Source: Amoebidium appalachense (Eukaryota; Protista; Ichthyosporea). From it: 64,000 nt of DNA. Positions within the stretch are counted from its first letter, which is position 1, and the number at the start of each line of letters is the position of its first letter. The translations under genes were made by a program, and so were the position numbers. Location of the stretch: positions 7,108,908 through 7,172,907 of the forward strand of contig CAVNZM010000009.1 of NCBI GenBank assembly GCA_963693365.1. Direction: 5' to 3'. Of this stretch, positions 35,379 through 49,697 are shown piece after piece. A model generated the notes under the pieces. The model had not been told where the DNA came from and ran no database searches. It was given only the letters and a program-made list of their open reading frames with translations.

Positions 35379-36279
35379 ATGGAGGGAGGGAGAAAAAGAA
35401 AGAGAGAGAGTGTGTGTGTGTGCGTGTGTTTGTATAGAGGTCTGGGGGGCCGGGTCGGGATGGGGGGCTATCATACCGTGAGTGTAGGGGGTCTGGGGCA
35501 GGGGGAGGTGTGTGTGTGGGGGGGGGGGGGGGGGGGGGGGGGGGAGGAGGAGGGGAGGGAAAGCGGGCTAGTGCGGTGGGAGGAAGCTTAAGGGTAAAAG
35601 AGACTGGAAAACTTGAAGCTCGATGGCCGGGGGGGAAGGGGGAGGGGGAGGGGGGGGGGGAGGAGGGGGAGGGGGTGAGGGGAGGGGGAGGGGGCAGGGG
35701 GAGGGGAGGGGGGGGGGGGGCACGGGGGGAGGCGTGGCGGGGCGGGGGGAGGGGAGGGGGGGGGGGGGGGGGGGGGGGAGAGAGAGAGAAGAGAGAAATG
35801 GAGAAGGCCCGTCGATTGGTTTTGTGGAAATCAGGTCGACCAACCCACGAATTATTGTTAGTTATGAGAACATGTATGGTCAACGGATGGGCCGAACTCC
35901 AACGGTGCGCATAACATGAAGTAGAAGAAAGGACATTTCAAAGTTGAACCGGTGCATGTGGCTAGTGGTAGAGCTAGTCAGATAAAGCTTTAAACTTTAC
36001 TTACTTCAGCTGTGTACCAGTAAAACAAATGCTACTCAGTCGCGGTATCAACCCAACCTGAAACACGTGCATGCGCGTGCAAGCTAACCAACCCCCCCCC
36101 CCCTCCCCCCCCCCCAATCTCTCCCCTTCTTTCCTATTACGGCCCGGCCTCCAGAAGCTGTACAAGTAAGTCCATTAGTAAAAATTAGTAGAACAGGCCT
36201 CATCACATTACATATTGGTATCCTGTCTTGCAAGCAAAGCTACATCCATGCATACCAAATGACGCAAAATGTACCGAAT

Positions 36280-36347
<68 letters not shown>

Positions 36348-36787
36348 TGCGTGCGTGTGCGCCCGCGCGTATGTGTGTGTGTGAGTGCGCGCGCGCGCGC
36401 GTGTGCAACATGTACACCGGGGTATGTGTGTATAGTTCGACGTAACTGAGTTTCCCACAATTGTTTTTCTTTCACCAACTATGCATTAGGTATACAGGTC
36501 CAATATGTTTCTACCGTACGGGTTCAGTCTCATTCTGGATATAGGTATATCTGTAGTACAAAAGATTCGAGAATTCAGGTATTGTGATTTCTACTGCGTA
36601 GTATTACCTAAGGAGCCACCCTTATCACAGTATGTCAACGTAAACCAAGACCTTGTATAGAGCCAACGTTCTAAGAAACCAATTCCTGTGAAATCAATAA
36701 CAAGGCCTTACTCAGGCGACATCAACATCCATCCACTCATACACTATACTTATGTGAACATATGTCAACACAACTTATTATATAATA

Positions 36788-38254
36788 TTATGTTATTCGG
36801 CATGCCGCAGATTTCGTCCATTTTTTGTCTGAGGGGACCAGATTTTCACCCCGGCCGGCCATCCGCACCGATAGCCGCAATGTTTGTACCCGCCTGGTCG
36901 TAGCGCACGCTTCGAGTAGGCGCCCACCAGTCCATATCGCCAATCGCAACGTAACACATTCTGCCACCTCCACCGTGTTTGCTTTAAACACCAACAGATA
37001 CATCGCAAACCCGGACCTGGTGTATCTCGCAACAACGTCGCCGCCGAACCACACGAGCCGATCTGTTTTGAACGCACGTAATGAGTCCCTGAGGGAGAGG
37101 CGGGGAACGTCAAGGCGTTGTGGAGCAATTATTTGTCTCCCATTCACATCCCACACACCCATCCATGTTGTTTCATCTTTGTTGGTTCCAGGGTGCTCGG
37201 AAGGTCCGTCCCATAACGCCCGTATCGTCCCGTCTTTCATGCAGGCTGTGAAATTTCTCATTGACATCTCATCACCGCCCTCTACACCCTCACATTCAAT
37301 GAAGCTGCCCGTTGCCGCACCTCCAGTCCACAAAAACCGTCGTTGCATAGAAGAAACGTGCCGGGAATTTCGGTTGGAACAAGGGCTGCACTGTCTGGAT
37401 TGAATATGATGTCTTCATCGAAATCCTCCAGTTGCTTTAGCCACAATTGATAACCGGTTCGAACATCATGACAAACCATAAACCAATCGCCCTCATGATA
37501 ATTCTTCCAACACGTGACCAGAAAACAGCGGTCCATCAAAAGACAATCATCAAGAATGAGTGCACCATGCGGGGGCTTTTTGATAATGCACAGCGGTCTC
37601 AACAATGACCCATCTTTGCCGTCGTAAATCAGCACCCCCAGCTTGCCATCTTCCTTAGACATGGCCGCCACGTAAACGCCACACAGCATATAAAGGCTCA
37701 ATTCTCCGTAAGTGGCGTCGAATCGCTGAAAAGACGCCACTTTCCCGCCCGTATACACATCCCACAACTCAAGTTTTTCGTTGTTCGCTTTCCACAACTG
37801 AGTAAACACTAGACTGGATGAAACAGCAACATGAAGGTCTGGATCGTTCATTGGGGGCCCGTCCAGTACCACACACCCTAGATCGTGACGCATAACATCA
37901 ATCACATCATCTGTGTTTCCTTCTGCCCATGGCAGTGAGAAAAAGTCAAACTCCATCCGAATGCGCTCCACCAAATTTTCGTCCGGCGGGAGGAATGGCC
38001 CCTGTCCCCCGTTGCGAAGGTAGTCGAGGACGTATTCGAACAACACAGGGGAGCGATCAATGAAGACGGTGCCGTCGGGGCGTGCTTTGATGGTGTGGCG
38101 GCCGCTGAACCAGGCGGCCAGCATGAAGCCGGGCACTGCGCACAGCGTCTGCCTTGTGATGGCGTAGTGGCGGCCCCCCACGTCCAGCACAATGCGGTCG
38201 TCACCCTGTGCCTCGAGTGCACGCACAAACTCGCATTCCACAAAAAACCGTTGC
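36788..38254 (-). pseudogene. KCTD-type BTB/POZ exon followed by a beta-rich (propeller-like) region, copy 1; one frameshift; no adjacent first exon found
   Basis: Acceptor ttctctcag| at 38255, then RIVLDVGGRHYAITRQTLCAVPGFMLAAWFSGRH...VFIDRSPVLFEYVLDYLRNG...EFDFFSL. The frame shifts at a T5 run (37332-37336) into ORF 36788-37348. Collinear homology with 46154-47629. Confidence 0.8.
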
Positions 38255-38901
38255 CTGAGAGAAGAATTGGTCAGCCTCAAGTGTAATATTTGTATGTGCT
38301 CGTAAGCCGCCCCATGCCATGCGAAATATGCAAGTGCTGAACTGTACAAACTCCATAATGATAAGTATCTTATTACACAGACCCATATACAGTGTGAAAC
38401 ACAGGCGAGCATTGGCGAGTCATCACCTTCAGCGGGCCCGCCCGCCCGCCCGCCCCGCCCGCCCGCCCGCCCCGCACGCCCGCCCGCCCGCCCGCCCGCC
38501 CGCCCGCCCGCACACACGCACGCACGCACCGCAACCCGTCCTTTCCCTCTGCGATGTCTCCAATACCTTTGTGTTCCCTCTAAGACTTACAGTGCGGCCA
38601 TTTTCCACTACCACCCATCCCAAATATAAATCATTTGTCACGTTAATGGGTTGCCGAACACGCACACATTTACAGAAGTACACACACGGAGCATACTGTG
38701 ACAGATCCGTGCACACGTGGCACAGGCCAACAGGTATATATATGCCTGCAGCCTAACAGCCCAACACCAACCCATACATGCACACACGTGCACACACACT
38801 TGCACATACACACAACTTGAACGCGCATACTCATATCCCCCCCCCCCCCCCCTCCCCCTCTCCCCCCCATGCCATGCCCCTTCCTTTCTACCAACACACA
38901 G

Positions 38902-38974
<73 letters not shown>

Positions 38975-39063
38975 GTCACACACACATACATGAACCCACC
39001 CACCCACCCACATCTTCACCGCACACGAATACGCATGCACGGGAACATGCACACGCATGTGCA

Positions 39064-39099
<36 letters not shown>

Positions 39100-40397
39100 C
39101 CCCTCTCCCCCACCACCACCACCACCACCACACACATATACACACACACAAAAAGAAACGGAAGCACATATGTGCATGAAGGCATCATATAGGAAGTATG
39201 ATAAGAAAATCTTGTAGTGTACTCACAAGCCCAGATATCCGCCTACCAACATGCACACGTGTCCAAACACGCACACCCACATTTTTGCATAGGCAGATAG
39301 TGCGAAAGCACACTGTCAGCAGATGCACACTCACGAACACGTACACACATCCACATACGTTTATGTACACACTCCCGCACGTACGTGTAAGAGCACGAGC
39401 AGGCAGGAAGGCAGGCACGAAGGAACTCAGAAGAGCAGAGTAGCAACATACTATTCCTAATATGTGCAAGTGGTTGAAAGCGGCACATAGAAAACACAAG
39501 CACACAGGCGCGGCTGGGTTCATGTCACATCCACGCAATGCAAAGCCAATCTCCGCACACCCTGACAACCACATGCACTCCACACACTCAAAATCTACAA
39601 TCTACCTGCACTTTGTGGGCCATCTTATGGACAAACGTCCGCTAACCGTGCTGAAGGTATGTACGCACAGGCTGGCAAACACGTTACGTGGCAGGCATTG
39701 AACCGTGTTTGCAATCATGACCAAAGTGCGGACATGCATCTTCATCGACACATAGAACACACACAGATGCAGCCCGCTTTCCCGCAGACATGAGTGAGAC
39801 TCTACGTAACCAAACGGGCCACTGTGAAAATGTTTTACTCTGATTCGATTGAAGATACAAATACAGTACGTTTTATTTCGGCAACGGCATTAGAGTATTT
39901 TAACGCCTGGTTTGGCCCCACTATTAGTAGAGATTTCTAAATCAGTCAGTCTTCTTCGGATGCATGAGCACCGCCATTTCAAAAAGCTCACATGCAGAGA
40001 GTCACAATTATAAAACAGAGAAAATTGAAAAGTAAAAAAAAAAATATCAACACGAAAAACACAATTTGTTACAGTAGGCTTCTCATTGCCTGCAACAGTA
40101 TGTCAAGATTTTGAACTTGCATGTACTGATGTGCTTTCATTGCACCTCAAATATAAATTTCAACAACTACATCGAAGACGTTGCCAGTGTTTATTATCAC
40201 AGACTAGTAGGCACACGTACCAGGCGTGTGTTCAGAAGGCACGTGGCGTACAAAACAAAACTGATATCATCTCGCGGCCACAGTAAGTGACATTACATTA
40301 CTGAAAAGCAGTTCTTCGCATCCCCCTTCTCAGCTATAATGCTGCTGTGGTTCGAAACCTTGGAGCTCCGAATGCAGGCCGCACCCGCTGTCACCTC

Positions 40398-40580
40398 TTA
40401 GGCAGGTGTAGGTGTCGGTGTATCAGTGGTGGTATCATTCCTCATAGCTCTTTGCATTGACCCCGAATGGAAAATCGGGGCCCTGCGTTCACGGTCAGGA
40501 ACGGTTGCCGCATCGCCGAAGGAGAGGAAGAGAATACAGAGAGCAATGGCAAGGGCAAGGAAGGAAAGTGTCCGCGCCAT
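40398..40580 (-). CDS. Candidate 60-aa secreted prepropeptide
   Basis: MARTLSFLALAIALCILFLSFGDA-ATVPDRERR-APIFHSGSMQRAMRNDTTTDTPTPTPA*; strong Kozak context ACCATGG; TATATAA about 40 nt upstream on the minus strand. Confidence 0.55.
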   Translation of the reverse strand: MARTLSFLALAIALCILFLSFGDAATVPDRERRAPIFHSGSMQRAMRNDTTTDTPTPTPA

Positions 40581-41422
40581 GGTGATGTTTTCGAATTCGG
40601 TTTTCCTTCCACACACACGTTATATAATGGTTTCACTGGAGTGGGGTGTTCAATTAAGTGGTTCACTGAAACAGAATGGTTGAAAACTTTCGTCACAACT
40701 CTTTTGTGCTGTCTTGTGTTCTTGCACTGAGTGGCCGAGTGGGTCGGCCATGCGGACTTTTGCCATGGTTTCTGCCCAGACCGTGCAACCAATTAAAATG
40801 ATTCGGTTCAGCCAATCCCAAATCAGAAAACCACATACACTATATATGGTTTTTGGGTAAAGCTAAAAATTGATGAATCTTATCAGTGGCTCGTCAGAAA
40901 GCCAATTGGGAGCGGCCATTTTTATCAGGGACCATGGCGGCATGGCCCATTTCACAGCAGTTAGCGGCCACTTTTGTTCGGTGTCTTAGGTTGTTAGTCC
41001 TATAGACACATGATATAGTGATATATAAAATGTCTGCTTCAGCACGTGTAGATGGGCACACCTGACGTCTATAACAAGCTTTAATGGTCTCTATAAACTA
41101 AAAAAACTACTGCTGAGAAGATAGCCACGTGCACTGTGTGGATGCACATACATGCACATCTGTTGCACGTGCATGACCAGCTTGCATCGGACCCGGCCTC
41201 ACCAGACTGATGTAGCAGACATTGGAGATGAAAGAAGCGTTCAAATAGAGAAAAAAACACTGCAGGTTTTAGAAAAAATATGATGGGAGCGAAGGGAGAA
41301 GAATGTAGGGAGAGAAATTTAAACAGGGGAGGTTTGCACTGCACGTGGGCGTGGGCCCTCGGGATCCTTCCACCGTCATGCTAGTTTAAAATTTTCGAAT
41401 TCCGGCCACTGATATTCTTTTT

Positions 41423-41550
41423 GTAGACGCCCACCCTAACACGTACTGACGTGTTGCCGCACGTGCGACGTTTTTACATCTACTCAGGCGGCTAACACGT
41501 ACTGACGTGTTGCCGCACGTGCGACGTTTTTACATCTACTCAGGCGGCTT

Positions 41551-41585
<35 letters not shown>

Positions 41586-41657
41586 AGACACCGCCTCAGT
41601 AGCTAACACGTACTGACGTGTTGCCGCACGTGCGACGTTTTAACATCTACTTAGGCG

Positions 41658-41696
<39 letters not shown>

Positions 41697-41746
41697 AGAC
41701 ACCGCCTCAGTAGGTGGTAGCCTCAGTAGGTGGTAGACGCCCACCC
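41423..41746. repeat. Three 55-bp hairpin units with two poly(A) tracts, bounded by a 14-bp direct repeat
   Basis: GTAGACGCCCACCC at 41423-41436 and 41733-41746; unit CTAACACGTACTGACGTGTTGCCGCACGTGCGACGTTTTTACATCTACTCAGGCGG at about 41436, 41491 and 41603. Confidence 0.9.
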
Positions 41747-41990
41747 GAGACTGGATGACGTCAAAGCCATACGTATGGCTGCATTGTGACTAACAGTCCA
41801 CGTGATGCATACACGTGTACACATGAACCACATCATGGCATGGTAAAATGGGAAATCCCCTTACCTACTCAGTGATCGTACATACATATCCCATAGCTAG
41901 TCACTCAAGCTCAAAACTTATTGAAGCCTTGGGGCTCGATCGAAGCTCGAAGCCGTTGATAACTGGAAGTGCTGCAGGCTCCTTGCCCGA

Positions 41991-42025
<35 letters not shown>

Positions 42026-42249
42026 CCTCCTCCTGATCAGTTGCGTCTCTCCTCCCCCACTCTCCCCCTCCCCCCGCCCTAATTAATATTCAGGCAAATG
42101 TTGTCCACTGCCTGAGAACTACTGGCAACACAACCACACCACCACGTTGGAATGAGCAAGAAAACAGTCACACACACACACACACACACCGTGGCACACA
42201 TGCACACCACACACACACACACACACGCACACACACACACGCACACACA

Positions 42250-42291
<42 letters not shown>

Positions 42292-42303
42292 CACGCACAC
42301 ACA

Positions 42304-42386
<83 letters not shown>

Positions 42387-42388
<2 letters not shown>

Positions 42389-42570
42389 TATTTTTTTTTA
42401 TCCCGTTTAGTTCCCGGAGGTGCCCCTAGGGGGCCTCAGGGGGAACTACCGTCTTCCACCCAGCACCGACAGTACTCTAGCTAGGGTGCTGCGATGCTAT
42501 TAGCTAAACTAACACACCTATAACAATCCTAACTATACGTACACACTTTGCCCAGGGTATCAACCCCAGC
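42387..42570 (-). mobile_element. Probable 5'-truncated non-LTR retroelement 3' end inserted in (CA)n, copy 2
   Basis: The minus strand ends GGTAGTTCCCC...GGGAACTAAACGGGATAAAAAAAATAA; (CA)n flanks both sides; homologous to 21650-21802. Confidence 0.55.
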
Positions 42571-42574
42571 CACG

Positions 42575-42723
<149 letters not shown>

Positions 42724-42829
42724 GACGTCGACCCAGACACACACGCGCACACACACACACAGGTGCGCACACGCGCACACACTCACGCACACGCACTGAC
42801 ACACACACAAGTGAACTGGAAATCAATAC

Positions 42830-42860
<31 letters not shown>

Positions 42861-42921
42861 AAAAAAAAAAACACCTAAAACACTCGCACGCGCGCAGCGA
42901 TAGCACACACACAACCACACA

Positions 42922-43021
<100 letters not shown>

Positions 43022-43082
43022 TACACTATTACATATGCAGAATTTGATGACCTTTTGCACTTTCCTACTACACAAGCATGCA

Positions 43083-43140
<58 letters not shown>

Positions 43141-43488
43141 GGTGCTCCAAATACATAAGACACCTCAACCCAGACACATGCAGATACACTCGCAGTGACT
43201 TGGAAATGAAACGACCATATGTCTACACATCCTGAGAAGTGTCCTTCTCAGTGACTCACATCACGAATTTCCCCCTCGGACTCAGCCAAAGAGTACTTGG
43301 GCGTACACTCATGCATATCGTACCCATGCAAACAGATTGAGCATCACTATTTACGGCGGCACCTGCACACTCACACTCACCTCCACACATACACCCACCC
43401 ATCCACCCACCCACCCACACACACACACACGTGCGCGCGCACACACACACACACACATACACGCCCACACCCACACACCCACACCCAT

Positions 43489-43576
<88 letters not shown>

Positions 43577-43754
43577 ACGCACCGTAGGTACACACAAATA
43601 CACAACACACGCGCTTACACGCACAGCGCCCCATACACACATGCACACTCAACGTACCCTTACGTAGGACACAAATGCACACACACACAATCACACACCG
43701 TAAACGGAGTCCCACACCCCTCCCCCCCCCCCCCCCCCCTCCCCTTCCCCCGAA

Positions 43755-43850
<96 letters not shown>

Positions 43851-44265
43851 ACCTACAGCCCCCCCCCCCCCCCTCCCCCCTCCCCCCCCCCCCCCCCCCC
43901 AACACACACACACAAGAGTGTCGCACGGCAGGGGTAATCGCGCACATTGTTGCATAAGATTTGTCAAACAACATGAAGCTTACACAAACACACCACTATA
44001 AAAGTGCTGAATTCGAAACCATGTGGCAAGCTGCACACAAAGACACACACGCAAATTGATACACTCGAGTTCACACACACACACACACAAAAATGTTCCG
44101 AGTCACACCAATACACACACAGACCCAGCTGGAGCGTTACAACAAAATTTAAAGCACTGATCGTCGACATAATTATAAGAAATTATGTGGATGGGGATAA
44201 GGGAGAGGGCGATCCAGTCATGGCTCTCGTAAAGAGGTTTGGGGGGGAGGGGAGGGGGGAGGGGG

Positions 44266-44746
44266 GGGTTTCCGCGGGGGAGTGGTAAGACCTACCCACC
44301 CCTTCGGGGGTTTTTTTTTTTTTTTTTTTTTTCGGGGCGGGGGGAGGGGGGGGGGGGGGGAGCCAGGCGGCCCCTTATATACGTGGGGGGAAAGGGGAGG
44401 GGGGGGGGGGGGGGTGCACCACTAGGGATTTGATATCTACTACTGTTCCCTATCCTAAGTGGACCTTGAGAGTCCCTGATTCTGTGTTGGTGGTGTGTGT
44501 GTGTGTGTGCGTGTGTGTTGGCAGGGGGGGGGGGGGGGGGGGGATGGGGGTTGCCTCGGGGGAGGGAGGGGTAAGACCCAACCATCCCTAGGCCTTCGGG
44601 TTATTTTTTTTAGTGGGGAGGGGGGGATGAAGGAGGAAGGGGGGGATGGGTCTGGAGAGGGGGGAAAAGAGGGGGTCATTGCCTCGAGGGAGGGGTACTA
44701 CGGACCTACCCACCCCTTCGGGGTTTTTGGGGGGAGGGAAGGATGG

Positions 44747-44797
<51 letters not shown>

Positions 44798-44899
44798 GGG
44801 GGGGGGGGGTGATGGGGGTTGCCTCGTGGTAGAAAGTATATAGGGAGTATATATAGGGGTAAAGCCCAGCGACCCCTTCGAATTTGGTTTTTTTTTTTT

Positions 44900-44930
<31 letters not shown>

Positions 44931-45002
44931 GATGATATCGATGTGGGTTGGTTGCCTCGAAGGGGGGAGGTGGGTAAAACCCACCCACCCCTTCGGGGGG
45001 TT
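44266..45002. repeat. Five degenerate units of about 50-70 bp separated by homopolymer and microsatellite spacers
   Basis: Consensus GGTTGCCTCG...GGTAARACCYACCCACCCCTTCGGGG at about 44266, 44547, 44672, 44814 and 44946. Confidence 0.8.
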
Positions 45003-45057
45003 GTGTGCAGTGCCAAGTGGTGGTGGTGGGTGTGCGCGCGCACGCGTGTGTGTATGT

Positions 45058-45121
<64 letters not shown>

Positions 45122-45556
45122 AGGGGGGCAGGGGGAGAGAGAGGTTCGACGGTGGGCAGGCCCGAAAATGACTGATCAACAATTGTATTCCTTCACTACC
45201 AATCTGCCAATTCATTACGTGTATAACTAAGTTTCTGATACTCCCATGAATACAACTATTACTGCTACTGCTATTACATAGTTACAATCAGATGGATTAC
45301 TTTTTGTAATAGCCACGGGCCGCCAGTATCTAATCATACGGTACCTAATCTAAGCAGTGTGCACTGTCTTGGAATTAACTATTAGTCCCGGGCCGATGCC
45401 ATGCATATATATGTTTTTCTGTTGTTTTTCTGTTGTGGCAAGCCAGTAAACCTTGGGACTGACTGCCTAGTCGTCCTCCAAAAAAAAGAAAAGAAATTAA
45501 ATAAAAGAGCAGCCATGGGTCGAGTGGGATATGATACGTCTATGTAATTATTCTAA

Positions 45557-45591
<35 letters not shown>

Positions 45592-46078
45592 ACCACCACC
45601 ACCACCACCACCACCAAAAAAAAAACAACCACCACCACCACCACCACCACCACCCATCCATCCACTCGCCTAACCAACACTAACATATCCACTTGTGCAC
45701 GTTTTCATCAAGAAGAAGGAAAGAAAAACAAGAAAGAAAGAAAGAATTCCGAAAAAGAACATAGAACTTCTGAGAAAGATCATCGAACGAACCATGTGCT
45801 AACATATATTCAAGTATGCACCCTTCCGCACCACTCGTACACGTTCACGTTTTGTGCCGGATGATTGGCAACAACCATGTTTGCTCACAGATTAATGGCA
45901 ATTTTTAAATATAAAGTTAAAAACAAAAACAAAAAATATTAATAAAAACCTTGAAACAGCAAAGCATCCCACCATAACCACACACCAAATTCATACCAGT
46001 CTCAGCGCTAGGCCCTCCCCCCCCCCCCCCCCTCCCCCCCTCCCCGCCCTCCCCCCCCCCCCTCCCCGCCCTCCCCCC

Positions 46079-46110
<32 letters not shown>

Positions 46111-46153
46111 AAATAAAAAAAAATAAAAAATTGTGTCAATCAAATCACTAATA

Positions 46154-48158
46154 CTAATCCGTGCGAATCCGCTTGCGTGAATTCTGTTTCTCCACGCGGG
46201 GTGCCCACACCTTCACCCTTCCATCGGTGCCGACGGCCGCAACAGCAAGACCGGCGTCCAGCCCATAGGAAACGAGCCGTGCACTTCCCCACCACTGGTC
46301 GCCCAAATCTTCCGCCGGCAGCCGTAGAACAATAGTCTCAGAAACATCCACCTTGTTTGAAGCTGAGAAAACCAACCGAGACATCAATATGCCCCTTGAC
46401 GTAACGTGTGCAACAACATCTTGGTCTATCCACATGGGCGCGCACGAGGCAAATGCACCCTGTTCGCCTGCGTACCATTTAGGAAGTCGTTGAGTTTCCA
46501 TGACTTTTTTCCCGTTGACGTCCCACGCACCGACCCAAACCTCGTGCCCCGCTACTGAATTCTTTTGTCGCGGATGCGTCCACAACAAACCGCATCGTAC
46601 CGTTAACGACGACAGGGGGTGCAGGCCTTACATGGTAGTCGTTAATATTGTCCGCATCTTTAAACATGAATATTTCCCTTGTTTCCGCGTTTACATACCA
46701 TAGTAACCCCTCATTGCAATCGACAATCACGCACAAGTTGGGCAACCCAGTGGGGAAAAACCTATCTCGCGACGGATCGAAGTCCATCATTACATCATCA
46801 GACCCATCCCTGCACCACATTTGCTTGCCGGTTTTCACGTCATGCACGCACAAACGCGAATATTCGAAACCTTCGATTTTCCCCATCCACCACGTGAGCA
46901 CATACCGCCCTTCCAGAGCGACAACCGAAACCATCCTGCACCCGGGCTCCAAATCGTGATTAACGATGTACGTGTTGACCTTCGACCCATCTTGCAAGCC
47001 CCAGAGCACAAAACCAGCCGTTTCGGATTTTTCAAACCACGCGGCGACATAATCTCCCGAGACCTTCCAATCGCGTAACTTGCCAAATTCCTCGTTGGAA
47101 GGATGCAAAATTGCAGACCGTCGACCTGTGGTTGTGTCCCACAGATCTATACTCTCTGGCCTTAAAGAGCGCGTGAAAATCCGATTCGGCCCTACAAAAA
47201 CGCGGAGCTTTGGGTCGTTCATTGGGAGCGAATCGAGAACGACACACTCCATATCATGGCGCATATCGTTAACTAGTGGTTCTGCCACCGCCGGCCATGG
47301 CAGTGCGAAAAAAATCAAACTCCGCCCGAATACGCTCCACCAGTTTACGGCCCGACGGGAGGAACAACTCTTTCCCCCCGTTGCGAAGGTAGTCGAGGAC
47401 GTATTCGAACAACACAGGGGAGCGATCAATGAAGACGGTGCCGTCGGGGCGTGCTTTGATGGTGTGGCGGCCGCTGAACCAGGCAGCCAGCATGGAGCCG
47501 GGCACCGCACACAGCGTCTGCCTTGTGGTGGCGTAGTGGCGGCCCCCCACGTCCAGCACAATGCGGTCGTCATCATTCTGTGCCTCCTCGAGGGCACGCA
47601 CCGACGTGCACTCCGCTAAGAACTGCTGCCTGTGAGGTTTTTAATGTCAACTGCTATTCATATCAACAATTCTTTCGCGCATGCTGTAGGGCATCCAAAG
47701 CATGTCCGCATACATAATGATTTTGAGACAAGACGCAAACACACTGCACGTGAATTGCAGCCGCAACAAACAAGCGCTTTTGAAGTAAGCGCGGTCTACA
47801 GGCTCACCACCAAAGATAAGCACAGCATGAGATCACACAAGTGTAAGAGCCCCTGCTGCAGAAAGGCAGGGACACCCATGCACACCGGCAGGCGGGCTTT
47901 GAAAGAACACCAGAGCAACCGACACATGCACGGACACACACAGGCATCTCGGTATGCACCCAAATTCAGCCCCTCAATCCTTCCCCCTTTCTATTTGAAA
48001 GCCTACTTATTATACTCTCGAAGGGAAACAGCGCTTTCAGTAACAACACATCTACATAACGAAGTCATTCAAAAAGCGGCAAAAAACACTTGAAGAAAGG
48101 CCTGGCGCAAGGGTTTTAGGGGGGGGGGGGGGGGGGGGGGAGAGGGAAGAAGGAAAGG

Positions 48159-48204
<46 letters not shown>

Positions 48205-49637
48205 GGGTGAGGGGGGGGGGGGGGGAGGGAGGGACGAAAGAAAATGAATGCACCCATCGCGCAGGTAATCACAGATGAGAAACATACACCACAGAGGGTT
48301 AAAATAACCAAAGCTCGGTGTGTATTGTGTGTGTGTATTCAAAAGGGGCTGGGTGGGTGGGGCGTGGAGGGGGGGGAGGGGGGGACGGGGAGGGGAGGGG
48401 GGGGGGGGGGGGGGGGAGGGGGGAAGGGGGGGGGGGGGAGGGGGGGGAGAAAGGGGGTGGGAGGAGAGGGGGGCGGGGGAGGGGGGTGCATGCACGACAC
48501 CAAAACATCCACAAATAGAATCACCCTAAAGCACAAAAAAGGTACAAAGCTGCGAGGGCGATAAAAAAAAAATAATAGTAGGGGAGCCAAGCAGGAGAGA
48601 GAGAGAGAGAGCCTCGTAGGGAGAGGGAATAAGCAGAAGTCAGAGAAACCGGCATAGACCGACAGATACACAGAGAAGCAGGGGAGGGTGGGCGGGGGGG
48701 AATGAGTGCTGGTATGTGTGTGTGTATGAGGTGAGCCTTAGAGGAGAGCCTCGGGTACGGAGAGAGTGGGAGGGCCCGGCACGGAGAGAGACAAAGTCAT
48801 GAAGGGAAGGAGTAGACGAAAGACATCAGCATCTCTCTCTCTCTCTCTCTCTCCCCCTCTCCCTCGCCCCCCCTCCCCCTCCCCTCCCCCCCCCCCCCCC
48901 CCCCCCCCCACACACACACACATACCCTCTAACACACACGTTTCCACAAACCATCATCCCGTCGCCTAACCTCTACCTATAGCGAAGCGCCGAAAACTAT
49001 AAAACAGATAAAAAAGCCAAAACAATTCACGAAACCCACAATCCATTACAGCCATAACCCATACTCACACGTAAGTTGCCTTTTCAATTAGGCCCCTACT
49101 TCCTCTTCGCTACCCTTTCCCCCCCCCCTCGCCCCACCCCCACCCCCTCCATCCCCCGGGCCCTTTGCCCCCTCCTCCCTCATTTCCCTCAGGCAGCAAG
49201 ATCGTGCCCCAACACCTCCTTCCTCCACACCACTCCCCCCCCCCCCCCTCCCCCCCCCCCCCCCACACCCCATCCCCCCCCCCCCCCCCCCCCCCCGCCC
49301 ACCCACCCACCCAGCCCCAGCCCCTTCCCCCCCCCCCCTCCTCCAACCCCCCTGCCGGCGAGCCTATGCACAACGTATATACATGTATCTTCCCCCCTCC
49401 CCCCCACCTTCCCCCCCCTTTTCAAAGCACAAGCCCGAAGATTTCAAACATTCACATTGACTCACAAAAAGAAAGCACACAGAGACTTGCACGCTTGCAC
49501 AAGCACACGGGCGTGCACAACACACACACAAAAATCTTTCACGACGCCCGGGTTTGCTATGCCTCACACAACAACAACTACCCGTGCACACACATAGGCT
49601 CACGCGCACACACGCAATGTGCACACACGCACACGCA

Positions 49638-49697
<60 letters not shown>

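Noticed and set aside
38255-38529. N-terminal extension of ORF 37282-38529
   Set aside because: It lies upstream of a clear acceptor at 38255 and runs through a (GCCC)n repeat, so it is intronic read-through.
40884-41411. MITE bounded by CAGTGGC...GCCACTG
   Set aside because: Only 7 bp of inverted match, no clear TSD and no second copy seen.
41436-41660. Hammerhead ribozyme or retrozyme in the 55-bp units
   Set aside because: No CUGANGA plus GAAA core on either strand.
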